From a virus (Duplodnaviria; Caudoviricetes): 42,497 bases of DNA. The notes under the pieces were generated by a model, which saw only the letters and a list, made by a program, of their open reading frames with translations, searched no databases and was not told the origin of the DNA. Each line of letters begins with the position of its first letter. The stretch's first letter is position 1. This document shows positions 1 to 7,468 of the stretch, piece by piece. Location of the stretch: positions 1 through 42,497 of the IMG/VR virus record IMGVR_UViG_3300020161_002831; one strand, given 5' to 3'. Both the position numbers and the translations under genes were made by a program.

Positions 1-312
1 ACTTGCGTCCTCCATGTCAAATTCCAACTCGGTTAGCTTTGCTTTTTCGGCCGCACATTCGTCGGCCGCGTCTCGTAGCAGCGCGACAACTTCAAGAACT
101 GTAGGCTGTGTGATCGGGAGCTGTTGTCCGTTCAGAGACGTGAATCTGACTGGGCTTCCGTCTTCCTGAACCAGCGACGGTAGCCCATCCGCGGCAGGCC
201 CACATTCATCCGGAAGACTCCGGAGTAGGGATGCGGCCACGTACTGCAGAAGCGCCTCTTTTTGCGCCCAGGCATCAGCATCGGTCACAACTTGTGCGAG
301 TGTTTTTGCCAT
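1..312 (-). CDS. hypothetical protein (runs off the window edge)
   Basis: Hand-translated: ATG at 312, open for 104 codons to position 1 (MAKTLAQVVTDADAWAQKEALLQY...); starts 5 nt after the stop of 318..959. Confidence 0.7.
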   Translation of the reverse strand, partial: MAKTLAQVVTDADAWAQKEALLQYVAASLLRSLPDECGPAADGLPSLVQEDGSPVRFTSLNGQQLPITQPTVLEVVALLRDAADECAAEKAKLTELEFDMEDAS

Positions 313-317
313 GCGGT

Positions 318-959
318 TTACGCCTCGATGAAAGAGCGAATCGTATCGGAGGCGCTTCTACCGGCGCTTACATCCCGCAGAATGTTAGAGCGCCTATAGT
401 AAACATGGCGGACATCTTCCCGCGCCTTCTCAATGAGCTTGCCGTAGTTCTTCACACCGTCGTGTTTGACCTCTAACGCTGCCTTAGCCTCCGCGTAAGC
501 AGCACGCGGGTGAAGCCGCATGTGGACGTCCGCGTCGCTCTGTAGCAGGTCCCAGGCGGCGGCGATGGCATTTGCAACGAGCTGCGGAGTTCCGCGGTAG
601 CCGGACTTTCTGCACAAGTCGGTCGCCTTGATAGCTGCCATACAGCGCCGACAGAAGAGCAGTTCCGTCGCGACGCTGGGCACCTCAAAAATACCCAGGC
701 ACCCAGTAGTGGGGCACCAAAGCATCGCGCTGTCTGATACGCCAAAGCCTTCTTTCGACTTGTGCCACACCGCCAGCGACGCGATCACTTCCTTGCTGCG
801 CACGTAGCGGATGTCCACATCCACAACGTACTTCGCAAACGTATCCGTGTGGTCTTCGGAGAATAGCTCCGATACCGCCGCCGAGGCTGCCTCGTCCGAG
901 TGCGGCGCGTTGAGCGCTTCGGCTACTTTTCTTGCGGAATCTCCGCCGAATACTTTCAT
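318..959 (-). CDS. hypothetical protein with possible Zn-ribbon
   Basis: 213 aa; CPTTGC...CRRC cysteines; 4-nt overlap with upstream gene. Confidence 0.7.
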   Translation of the reverse strand: MKVFGGDSARKVAEALNAPHSDEAASAAVSELFSEDHTDTFAKYVVDVDIRYVRSKEVIASLAVWHKSKEGFGVSDSAMLWCPTTGCLGIFEVPSVATELLFCRRCMAAIKATDLCRKSGYRGTPQLVANAIAAAWDLLQSDADVHMRLHPRAAYAEAKAALEVKHDGVKNYGKLIEKAREDVRHVYYRRSNILRDVSAGRSASDTIRSFIEA

Positions 960-1675
960 CGAGGCTTCCCCACTCTATCCCGACGACCGAACAAGCCCAT
1001 GTTCACAGGAAACGCCGGAGCCGCACGGAATCCTTCGAGCTGTCCGTCACGTCCTTTGATTGCACTATTCGGCGGGATGACCCCATCGCTATTCGGGTCG
1101 AACTCGCCCTTCGGTACAGGCACGCGCGCCCGCGTCACTTCCGAAACCGGCTGTACGTCAGATGGCGCGGGCTCAGTAGCCGCCAGCAGCGCACGAATCG
1201 TGGTCGGAGCGCTCTCGGCCATGTTGCTCGCCCGCGCCTCCATATTCGTAAGGTCTTCCGCTACAGCCGCGTTCGCGACAGGCTTCTGCGTCCGTGTGCT
1301 ATTACGAGCAGTCGGGTCTTCGACAGCCGAATTCGCGCACCACAAGAACGCCTCGCGGAACGCCTGAATAGCGGCCGAGATGCCGGTCTCAGACACGACG
1401 TTGATCTGCCAGCAGTACACAATCTCGCCTCGATGCTTGAAATACTGCTGCGAGACATTCAGCTTGAACCCGTGCCCAGTTGCGTGGTCCAGCAGGAAGA
1501 ACAGTACCTTCGGCCACAATGTCGCGTTGAGCACCCGAAAACGAATAACTGCCTCCGTGTCGCTGATGGACACGTTGATCGTTTCGAGTGTATTTCCATC
1601 TTCTTTGCGCAGTCGCGGAATGCCGTGCAACGAGGCGGTCAGTTCCAGCGTCAAGCGATTTCGATCATCAGACAT
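956..1675 (-). CDS. hypothetical protein
   Basis: 239 aa; GGAGG RBS before ATG; part of a tightly packed minus-strand operon. Confidence 0.75.
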   Translation of the reverse strand: MSDDRNRLTLELTASLHGIPRLRKEDGNTLETINVSISDTEAVIRFRVLNATLWPKVLFFLLDHATGHGFKLNVSQQYFKHRGEIVYCWQINVVSETGISAAIQAFREAFLWCANSAVEDPTARNSTRTQKPVANAAVAEDLTNMEARASNMAESAPTTIRALLAATEPAPSDVQPVSEVTRARVPVPKGEFDPNSDGVIPPNSAIKGRDGQLEGFRAAPAFPVNMGLFGRRDRVGKPR

Positions 1676-1702
1676 GCTAACCTCCGATTGAGCGGCAGGC
1701 CG

Positions 1703-2227
1703 TCAATCCATGTGAAAAACGACTGCGTGTGACGACTGCCCGATTTCGGCCGCCGCCATGCGATTACCAAGAAGAATGCACTTCCCATCCGGCAGTGAGC
1801 TTTCTTCAGACAAACGCCCGCCTGCGAACCAGTACGTACGCCGAGTACCCACCATTTTATTAACGGTTAATACTGATAGTGGCGCGCGCAACCAGTTCGC
1901 AAACTCTCGAATGTTCGGGACAAGAAGATGCGAGTAGATCGCACCACTTTTGGCCAGCTCAATCTGCGCGTTAAATAGCTGCTGTAACGGATGTGGGTCG
2001 GACTCCGCGATTTCTTCCATCTCGACATTCTGAAGAATCAGACGGGTATCCTCGACAACCTCGCTGAGCAGGGCTTCATCGGCCGTATGTTTCACCCACG
2101 TAACGACGAGCACGCCGCCGGGTCGAAATGACACCGCTTGCACGTCATGCACGAGCACCTGACGCACAATCTCGATGATGCTCTCCGGGTCACCGGGGCA
2201 CTGTAGTTGGGTGGATTCCTCTGTCAT
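1703..2227 (-). CDS. hypothetical protein
   Basis: 174 aa; ATGA overlap with upstream gene; carries a 15-bp palindrome read as VLTVN. Confidence 0.75.
   Translation of the reverse strand: MTEESTQLQCPGDPESIIEIVRQVLVHDVQAVSFRPGGVLVVTWVKHTADEALLSEVVEDTRLILQNVEMEEIAESDPHPLQQLFNAQIELAKSGAIYSHLLVPNIREFANWLRAPLSVLTVNKMVGTRRTYWFAGGRLSEESSLPDGKCILLGNRMAAAEIGQSSHAVVFHMD
1858..1872. repeat. 15-bp palindrome copy (intragenic)
   Basis: TATTAACGGTTAATA. Confidence 0.95.
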
Positions 2228-2397
2228 CGCCCTACCTGCTTCGCGTCAGGAACACGGCCACTATCGTGATTCTGCAACATGCGCATGTAGGCAATCACCA
2301 CTGCGGACATTGTAGTGCCGTTTTTCGCGCAGTGACTCTTGAACCAGTTGCGCAAGTCTTCCGGCACACGCGTCTGCATCATTACTTTTCTGGCCAT
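2224..2397 (-). CDS. ribbon-helix-helix (CopG/Arc/ParG-like) DNA-binding protein
   Basis: MARKVMMQTRVPEDLRNWFKSHCAKNGTTMSAVVIAYM fits the RHH strand-helix-G-x-T/S-helix pattern; AAGGA upstream of the ATG. The frame is open upstream to about 2898 with a CxxC...CxxC motif, so it may be a Zn-ribbon-RHH fusion. Confidence 0.6.
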   Translation of the reverse strand: MARKVMMQTRVPEDLRNWFKSHCAKNGTTMSAVVIAYMRMLQNHDSGRVPDAKQVGR

Positions 2398-2791
2398 GCT
2401 GCTCAATTCCTTATCTGTCGGTCGAGTGGTTTTCGGCGATGAGTTGTGCCATCCGACATAGGTGTGATTTTTGTGCACTACAAGGGAGCACCAACCGTCA
2501 AAGGTATCGGTGTTCTCTTCTCTATCTATGCGCAGGACACGACGTCGAAACTTCCGACGTAAATCACTCTTTGTCGCTTCTGGATGGATTGCTTTCAGTA
2601 GGACATCCGCCACTCCGACCAGCTGGCTGGCGTGCTCTCGAATCTGCTTACGTACGGGCCGGGTGTGCTTGCCTCCCACTACTCGTAACAAGGGAAGCCG
2701 CTCCGAATTACACGTTGCGCACTTTTTCCAGACAGGCTGGAATATGTCGACGAACGTCTGTCGAAGGCACAGACCGCAATACCAGACCAGT

Positions 2792-3118
2792 CTACGCTTG
2801 ACGGAAAACCGGCGCAGAAGAATCTGGTCCGTTTGTCTTCCGAGTGATGGTCTTGCGCTCGTCCCGGTTCGTCGCAGTGTCCGGCTCAGCGTTTTCATTC
2901 TCGTACGCCTGCGCAAAGAAATTCCCAAGAGCCTGCGTAGTCGCTACGTCCGTGGGAATCTCTAGGATTGACATATCCGCGGAGTCCATTACCTGGACCG
3001 ACGCCTCAACCACACCATCGATCGACACCCGCGTGCTGACCCCGATAATGAACAAGCGCGCTCTGGCCGCAAGTGCGCGGAGTTCGTCCAGTTCTTCCAT
3101 CGTGTCTGTGTTGCTCAT
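2792..3118 (-). CDS. hypothetical protein
   Basis: 108 aa; GAGG upstream; follows 3126..3401 by 7 nt. Confidence 0.6.
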   Translation of the reverse strand: MSNTDTMEELDELRALAARARLFIIGVSTRVSIDGVVEASVQVMDSADMSILEIPTDVATTQALGNFFAQAYENENAEPDTATNRDERKTITRKTNGPDSSAPVFRQA

Positions 3119-3125
3119 CGTAGCC

Positions 3126-3401
3126 TCACTTATCGTGCTGAATGACGATTGGGCCGCCGCGCACCCACCGGGCCAGTCGTTTCTTTAGACCGTCCTGGTG
3201 CTCTACTTGCGTGGGCAGATACGGCCACATGTTTTCTTTCACAGATGCCAGCGCGGCTTCTGCCGCTTTCGTTCCGGATTCTACCGCCAAAAGTGCCGCT
3301 TGTGCGTAGGTACTCTTGGCGTCATGTTCCGCAACCATGTGGTACGCGATTTCGGCCAAGGATCCGATTTCAGGCGGTTCGCGCAAAAACCGGAAACCCA
3401 T
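3126..3401 (-). CDS. probable -1 frameshift extension of the upstream gene (gpT-like part of a tail assembly chaperone)
   Basis: Frame is open 14 codons upstream of its ATG, back to the slippery heptamer at 3443..3449. Confidence 0.55.
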   Translation of the reverse strand: MGFRFLREPPEIGSLAEIAYHMVAEHDAKSTYAQAALLAVESGTKAAEAALASVKENMWPYLPTQVEHQDGLKKRLARWVRGGPIVIQHDK

Positions 3402-3430
3402 CTTAGCGCGAGCCCAGCCGAGCGGAGTCC

Positions 3431-4144
3431 TCAGCCAATTCCTAAAAAAAGCTGGTCCGTGTACAACATCTGGACACGAGCGTTGAACCAGCCGAAGTTC
3501 GTGAGAATGAGCGAGAGGGTCGAGTCGGGTTGCGCCATTAACCGTTTATATTTGTCCAGCGCGGCGCCGACGTCGACCGTTCCCTTGTCCATATGTGACG
3601 CCCACGGCGAGCCGTTGAACGCGTAAATGGACAACGTCAACTGAAGCCACGTAGTAAACGTGTTCGCAAACAGGGACGTCTCTCCTCGGTCAACCGCTAC
3701 CCGGCTTGCGTACGTAGAGGTCCAGTCCATTTCCTTCCCGGTCAGGCTCTGAAACTCGACCTCGACCTTGCCTGGAATGATAGGGACCAGCTGCCGCACA
3801 TTGCCACTGAGCAGCAGATCGTTGAAGTCCATCGGCTGGCAGCGCTTCTCGATCACCTTGCGGATATCGGGCGTGTCAAATCCGCGGTAAGAGAAGATGA
3901 CGCCATCCGTGGGCTTCTTCGGCGTGTCGTCTTCCTTCTTGGTCTTCGCGGCGGCAGTGGCCGCGCTCTCTGCGCGCGCCGCTGCCTCCTCTTCCGCCTT
4001 GCTCAAGACCTCCGCGGCGGTCTGCATGTCCTTCACCACAGACTCGGGCGCCCGCCGAGTCGGCGTAACGGGCGGTGGTGCTACCGAGCCACCGGACTCG
4101 ATTTCGGTCATGCGGCGCTTCACGTCGGCTAAGGTGTCACTCAC
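3431..4144 (-). CDS. putative tail assembly chaperone (gpG-like)
   Basis: GTG start after GGAGG; ends CTT TTT TTA GGA ATT GGC TGA with an in-phase T-TTT-TTA slippery heptamer. Function inferred from the frameshift architecture. Confidence 0.55.
   Translation of the reverse strand: MSDTLADVKRRMTEIESGGSVAPPPVTPTRRAPESVVKDMQTAAEVLSKAEEEAAARAESAATAAAKTKKEDDTPKKPTDGVIFSYRGFDTPDIRKVIEKRCQPMDFNDLLLSGNVRQLVPIIPGKVEVEFQSLTGKEMDWTSTYASRVAVDRGETSLFANTFTTWLQLTLSIYAFNGSPWASHMDKGTVDVGAALDKYKRLMAQPDSTLSLILTNFGWFNARVQMLYTDQLFLGIG
3443..3449 (-). other. -1 programmed ribosomal frameshift site T TTT TTA
   Basis: X-XXY-YYZ heptamer in the correct phase; the -1 frame reads RNWLRTPLGWARAK directly into ORF 3126..3401. 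Confidence 0.65.
3536..3550. repeat. 15-bp palindrome variant (intragenic)
   Basis: CATTAACCGTTTATA. Confidence 0.8.
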
Positions 4145-4397
4145 GATTTCCTCCAGAGAATGATGTGGGGCGTCCCGGTTTCGCGCACACACAGTTTGCG
4201 CAGGTAAAGGACCGCCAGTCTAGCTTGGCGGCATAGGATAAGCACGCCTCATAGCTTCCGCAATTGAATGTGCGGGAGAAAGTAACCCCCGGCCCAGGCT
4301 CCCCAAGAAGTTCAAACGGCCCCAATCCAATCAGCAGAGTGGTCTGCGCTTTACGTTTGCGACCCTCTAGGTCGAACAGATGCTGCTGGCCTGTCAT
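4137..4397 (-). CDS. small Cys-rich hypothetical protein
   Basis: 86 aa from ATG 4397; C-x5-C...WRSFTCANC motif. Confidence 0.6.
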   Translation of the reverse strand: MTGQQHLFDLEGRKRKAQTTLLIGLGPFELLGEPGPGVTFSRTFNCGSYEACLSYAAKLDWRSFTCANCVCAKPGRPTSFSGGNRE

Positions 4398-4548
4398 CGA
4401 CACACCCCAGGTATGTGTTAGTACCGCCGTATTGCAAGATATACAGTGCCAGACGCCCCGCGTAGTGTCAATAGGAAAAAGCACAAATGTGTATATCAAA
4501 GGGGTCTGTGCGGCCGGCAATTACATCTCATTTATCGATATAAGCAAT

Positions 4549-4881
4549 ATGTACGTCGGCGACATTGTCGCTTCGAGTGAGGGAACCGTGCGCGAAGTAT
4601 TCGCGGTACGTACTTACACAAAAACACTGCGGGAAGAAACGCGCGGAAAATACGCGTTCAAGATTCTCGCCAACGAACAGGAGAAGAACGTCGTCCGGCT
4701 GGACGACTGTCGAGTAGTATTCACAGGGCCGGAAGACGCTGTCTTTCCCACCGGGCCTGACATGGTGCGGTTGTACAACCCGCCAATCCGAGTAGCGGCA
4801 TTCTCAGGTGCCTATGCCGACCTTTCCGCAACCGCGGAGAGGTGGCTTCGAGAGGTCGGCGTCGAACGGAGCGCAGACTAA
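4549..4881 (+). CDS. hypothetical protein
   Basis: First plus-strand ORF after an AT-richer divergent gap (about 4400-4548); start uncertain. Confidence 0.55.
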   Translation: MYVGDIVASSEGTVREVFAVRTYTKTLREETRGKYAFKILANEQEKNVVRLDDCRVVFTGPEDAVFPTGPDMVRLYNPPIRVAAFSGAYADLSATAERWLREVGVERSAD

Positions 4882-4919
4882 ATCTCAACACTAATCCGTC
4901 GAGACGGAGACACGCGGCT

Positions 4920-5576
4920 ATGCTGCGAGCAACTCTGGGCGAAGAAGAGACCGTGACCGTGCTGATTACGGACACGGCAGAGATGGGCGTTTACGAGTGC
5001 ACGCTGTGCGTCCTCCGTGACGACTGGCGGGTGTTCAGTTATGGTACCCTTCTACTGAAGGTGACCATGGACGGGAAAGACGCGATTATGGTGGGTAGGG
5101 CTGCCAAGCAGCTCATCCACCGTGAGACCGGTCGACCGGCCGAGGGATTCGTGGGGTCGCTGCTGGCGACCATCGCCGCGGCCGAACAAGCACAGCTGCA
5201 TTCGGAAGACAATCTCCGAAAGGTAATATCTCGGTGGTTCCACCAGGAGTACGACATCCCGGCGGGCATGGATTTGACACTGGTTCCGGTAGCGGAGCCG
5301 ACCGACCAAGACGGTCTGACGGCGGCGCTGCTGCGTGTGCCCGCGCAGCTTTCGCGCGAGGCCGCCTATCAGGGCCTCAGCGTCTGCATCGAAGAAGAGG
5401 TGCTGGAGGCGCTTGTCCTCCGGGACAATGTCGGTTGGGAGATCGTCGAGGGCAAACCTTGCGGGGAGTCTGACAACTTCCTCAGCTCCATGGGGACGCC
5501 GCCGGGGGTGGCGTTCCTCGTGAACACCCATGGGTACCGCTTCCAGCGCCGTTCCGCTCGTACGGCGCAGCGTTAG
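4920..5576 (+). CDS. hypothetical protein
   Basis: ATG 4920 with GGAG upstream; acidic, globular-looking 218 aa. Confidence 0.7.
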   Translation: MLRATLGEEETVTVLITDTAEMGVYECTLCVLRDDWRVFSYGTLLLKVTMDGKDAIMVGRAAKQLIHRETGRPAEGFVGSLLATIAAAEQAQLHSEDNLRKVISRWFHQEYDIPAGMDLTLVPVAEPTDQDGLTAALLRVPAQLSREAAYQGLSVCIEEEVLEALVLRDNVGWEIVEGKPCGESDNFLSSMGTPPGVAFLVNTHGYRFQRRSARTAQR

Positions 5577-5615
5577 CGGAAACACGCTCAGATAACGGGG
5601 TGCGATCCCGTTCTC

Positions 5616-5630
5616 TATTAACCGTTAATA
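5616..5630. repeat. 15-bp palindrome copy (intergenic)
   Basis: TATTAACCGTTAATA. Confidence 0.95.
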
Positions 5631-5658
5631 CTTTTTGCAGGAGGCATTACGCGTGTGC

Positions 5659-5697
5659 GCGTATACGTATGGGTATATAATACCCATACGTATACGC
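5659..5697. repeat. perfect 18-bp inverted repeat with 3-nt loop
   Basis: GCGTATACGTATGGGTAT-ATA-ATACCCATACGTATACGC. Confidence 0.95.
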
Positions 5698-5719
5698 ACA
5701 CAGTTCCCGAGCGCCAAGT

Positions 5720-5907
5720 AGTGTCAACACGCTTGTTGACACTCGGCTAGCGCAAAAACCGCAATGATTTCAAGTACTTAGCCGCCAAGGGCCACGAGCC
5801 CGCCAACACTCGTGGCAACAGCAATGTTGACACCTTTTCTGTAATAAAATCAGGTAGTTACGGCAATCGCGCCAACACAACGTACTGTCAACAAGCATGT
5901 TGACAGT
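5720..5907. repeat. left array: three TG(T/G)CAACA-N4-TGTTGACA palindromic boxes
   Basis: Boxes at 5721-5742, 5812-5833 and 5885-5906; a second motif at 5761-5781 and 5841-5861 lies between them. Confidence 0.9.
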
Positions 5908-5927
5908 CCCTCCTAGTGTGTTTACCC

Positions 5928-7016
5928 ATGTCCCAACGCGCTCCCTCGGCCAAGTTCATCAACCATGACGCTGACGATTGCACAGTCACCATCCTGGTGT
6001 TCAAGTCCAATGACTTGTCTGCTCCGGTAGGACATCTCTACTACGATCACTCTGATGACTCTTACTGGAAAGAAGACACACTCACTCCCATTGATATGGG
6101 GAAACTCGTTCTGTGGTCCTGTAACAACAACCTCTTCAGAACCAACTTCTACCTCCCGTACCGCTACGTAGATGCTGAAGTAGCGCAGCATCTTCGCGGA
6201 CTCGCGTCCTACAGAACTGAAGAACCTGCTGCAATTGCTCTCAGCTACTCAATCGCGCGTAACCCCATGTCTGCCAAGCAGAACTTCTCTCTCGACTTGG
6301 TAGAGGGGCAGGACTTCGTCGCGCGTATGAAGCGTGCCGGCTGGGTCACTCGTGAAGACAAGGTCGATACCGCACGTCTTGCTGAGCGTGTCGACAACGT
6401 AACGACGGCGCTACTGGACAGACTTCAGCGGGTGCAGACGTTCGTACTGAAGTGTGAAGAAGACGGCGCCGAGACACGCCTGCGTGCAGACAAAGTGCAA
6501 ACTGTAGGCAACAAGCACCGTACAGAGAGCAGTGCACTCTTTGTCGAGCTACAGGACATTAGCAACCAGCTGGAGCGCGCACGTGGGGAGTACACCGGAA
6601 TCGGGGAGATGACCCCACTGCTGGATGCCTTTGGCAGAGCTAACGAGATTGCTGCGCAGCTCCGACGACTGGACGTCAGCCGCGCTCTGCGCTCCTTCGC
6701 ATCGAAGGGCTCCGCTGAGAAGTGGAAAGAACACCGACTGTCCCTCCGCAAGTCCATCAACCTATCTGGAGAGCTAGCAGCCCTTGGGAAGATTTTCCCG
6801 GTGCTGGAGCTGATTGAGGTGCTGGACCAGGGCACGGACGCGCTAAAGCTCAGCCTACCTAACGGCGTGCACATCACACTCACACCCACCACTATCAAGC
6901 TCGACGGGCCTTCGGACTTGCTGCAAGCGCTGGTAGCAGGACATCAGATTGCGACAGGGCAGTCCGAGCACACGGGAATGGCGAGGAAGAAGATTGTCAG
7001 ACGGGCTAGTAAGTGA
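5928..7016 (+). CDS. hypothetical coiled-coil protein enclosed by mirror-image repeat arrays
   Basis: About 362 aa; central heptad-rich region; basic C-terminus ARKKIVRRASK; start uncertain (no clear RBS). Confidence 0.7.
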   Translation: MSQRAPSAKFINHDADDCTVTILVFKSNDLSAPVGHLYYDHSDDSYWKEDTLTPIDMGKLVLWSCNNNLFRTNFYLPYRYVDAEVAQHLRGLASYRTEEPAAIALSYSIARNPMSAKQNFSLDLVEGQDFVARMKRAGWVTREDKVDTARLAERVDNVTTALLDRLQRVQTFVLKCEEDGAETRLRADKVQTVGNKHRTESSALFVELQDISNQLERARGEYTGIGEMTPLLDAFGRANEIAAQLRRLDVSRALRSFASKGSAEKWKEHRLSLRKSINLSGELAALGKIFPVLELIEVLDQGTDALKLSLPNGVHITLTPTTIKLDGPSDLLQALVAGHQIATGQSEHTGMARKKIVRRASK

Positions 7017-7063
7017 GTGTAGGTGTAGGTAGTCGGCGAGGGTGAGAGAACTAGGAGGCCGTT

Positions 7064-7239
7064 TTGGCAACAAGCGTGTTGACACCCTTGCTACAGGACC
7101 TAACCCCGCGGAATCATTGCACTTTTGGTGGCAACAAGCGTGTTGACACTCAGGGGGCGTAATCTGCGCGCAGCGGCAGTAACACCAGCTAACCCCGCGG
7201 AATCATTACGCTTTAGGTGTCAACAAGCGTGTTGACACT
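7064..7239. repeat. right array: three TG(T/G)CAACA-AGCG-TGTTGACAC boxes plus two CTAACCCCGCGGAATCATT direct repeats
   Basis: Boxes at 7064-7085, 7128-7149 and 7217-7238; 19-bp direct repeats at 7100-7118 and 7189-7207. Confidence 0.92.
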
Positions 7240-7258
7240 GACGCCTGCCTGTATTTTT

Positions 7259-7289
7259 TGACGTATATACACTATGTGTATATACGTCA
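7259..7289. repeat. perfect 14-bp inverted repeat with 3-nt loop
   Basis: TGACGTATATACAC-TAT-GTGTATATACGTCA. Confidence 0.95.
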
Positions 7290-7295
7290 GACAGC

Positions 7296-7310
7296 TATTA
7301 ACGGTTAATA
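7296..7310. repeat. 15-bp palindrome copy (upstream of parB)
   Basis: TATTAACGGTTAATA. Confidence 0.95.
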
Positions 7311-7330
7311 AAAACCAATGTTCGTTTTTT

Positions 7331-7360
7331 ATGCAAATACCCAAACGACTTTGGTATAAC
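7331..7360 (+). promoter_or_regulatory. possible sigma70-type promoter for parB
   Basis: ATGCAA, 18 nt, TATAAC preceded by TGn (extended -10-like) in an AT-rich tract about 110 nt upstream of parB. Confidence 0.3.
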
Positions 7361-7468
7361 AACTTTGCACGCGGTCATTACTGTCGCCGTCGTACATGCC
7401 TTATGGGCAAACCTGTCGACCGCGTTTTCCGCCCGAGAGGGCATTCCAGCAGAAGAAGGAAGAGCACA

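Noticed and set aside
5659-5697. Hairpin as a protelomerase (telRL) site
   Set aside because: Known telRL sites are palindromes without a central loop, there are two different hairpins here, and no protelomerase gene is in the window.
7064-7239. Three near-identical 22-bp palindromic repeats as a mini CRISPR array
   Set aside because: Gaps are unequal (42 and 67 nt) and share a 19-bp repeat, an inverted counterpart lies at 5720-5907, and no cas genes are present.
5720-7239. TTGACA inside each box as sigma70 -35 elements
   Set aside because: In the copies checked there is no good -10 hexamer at 16-18 nt spacing; TTGACA is explained as part of the palindrome arm.
5720-7239. Insertion sequence with terminal inverted repeats
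   Set aside because: The enclosed ORF shows no DDE, HUH, serine or tyrosine recombinase motif and no target-site duplication was seen; kept only as an unexplained cassette.
7274-7468. Longer N-terminus for ParB given by the ORF track
   Set aside because: It runs through the hairpin, palindrome and promoter-like tract; the RBS and codon bias begin at ATG 7469.
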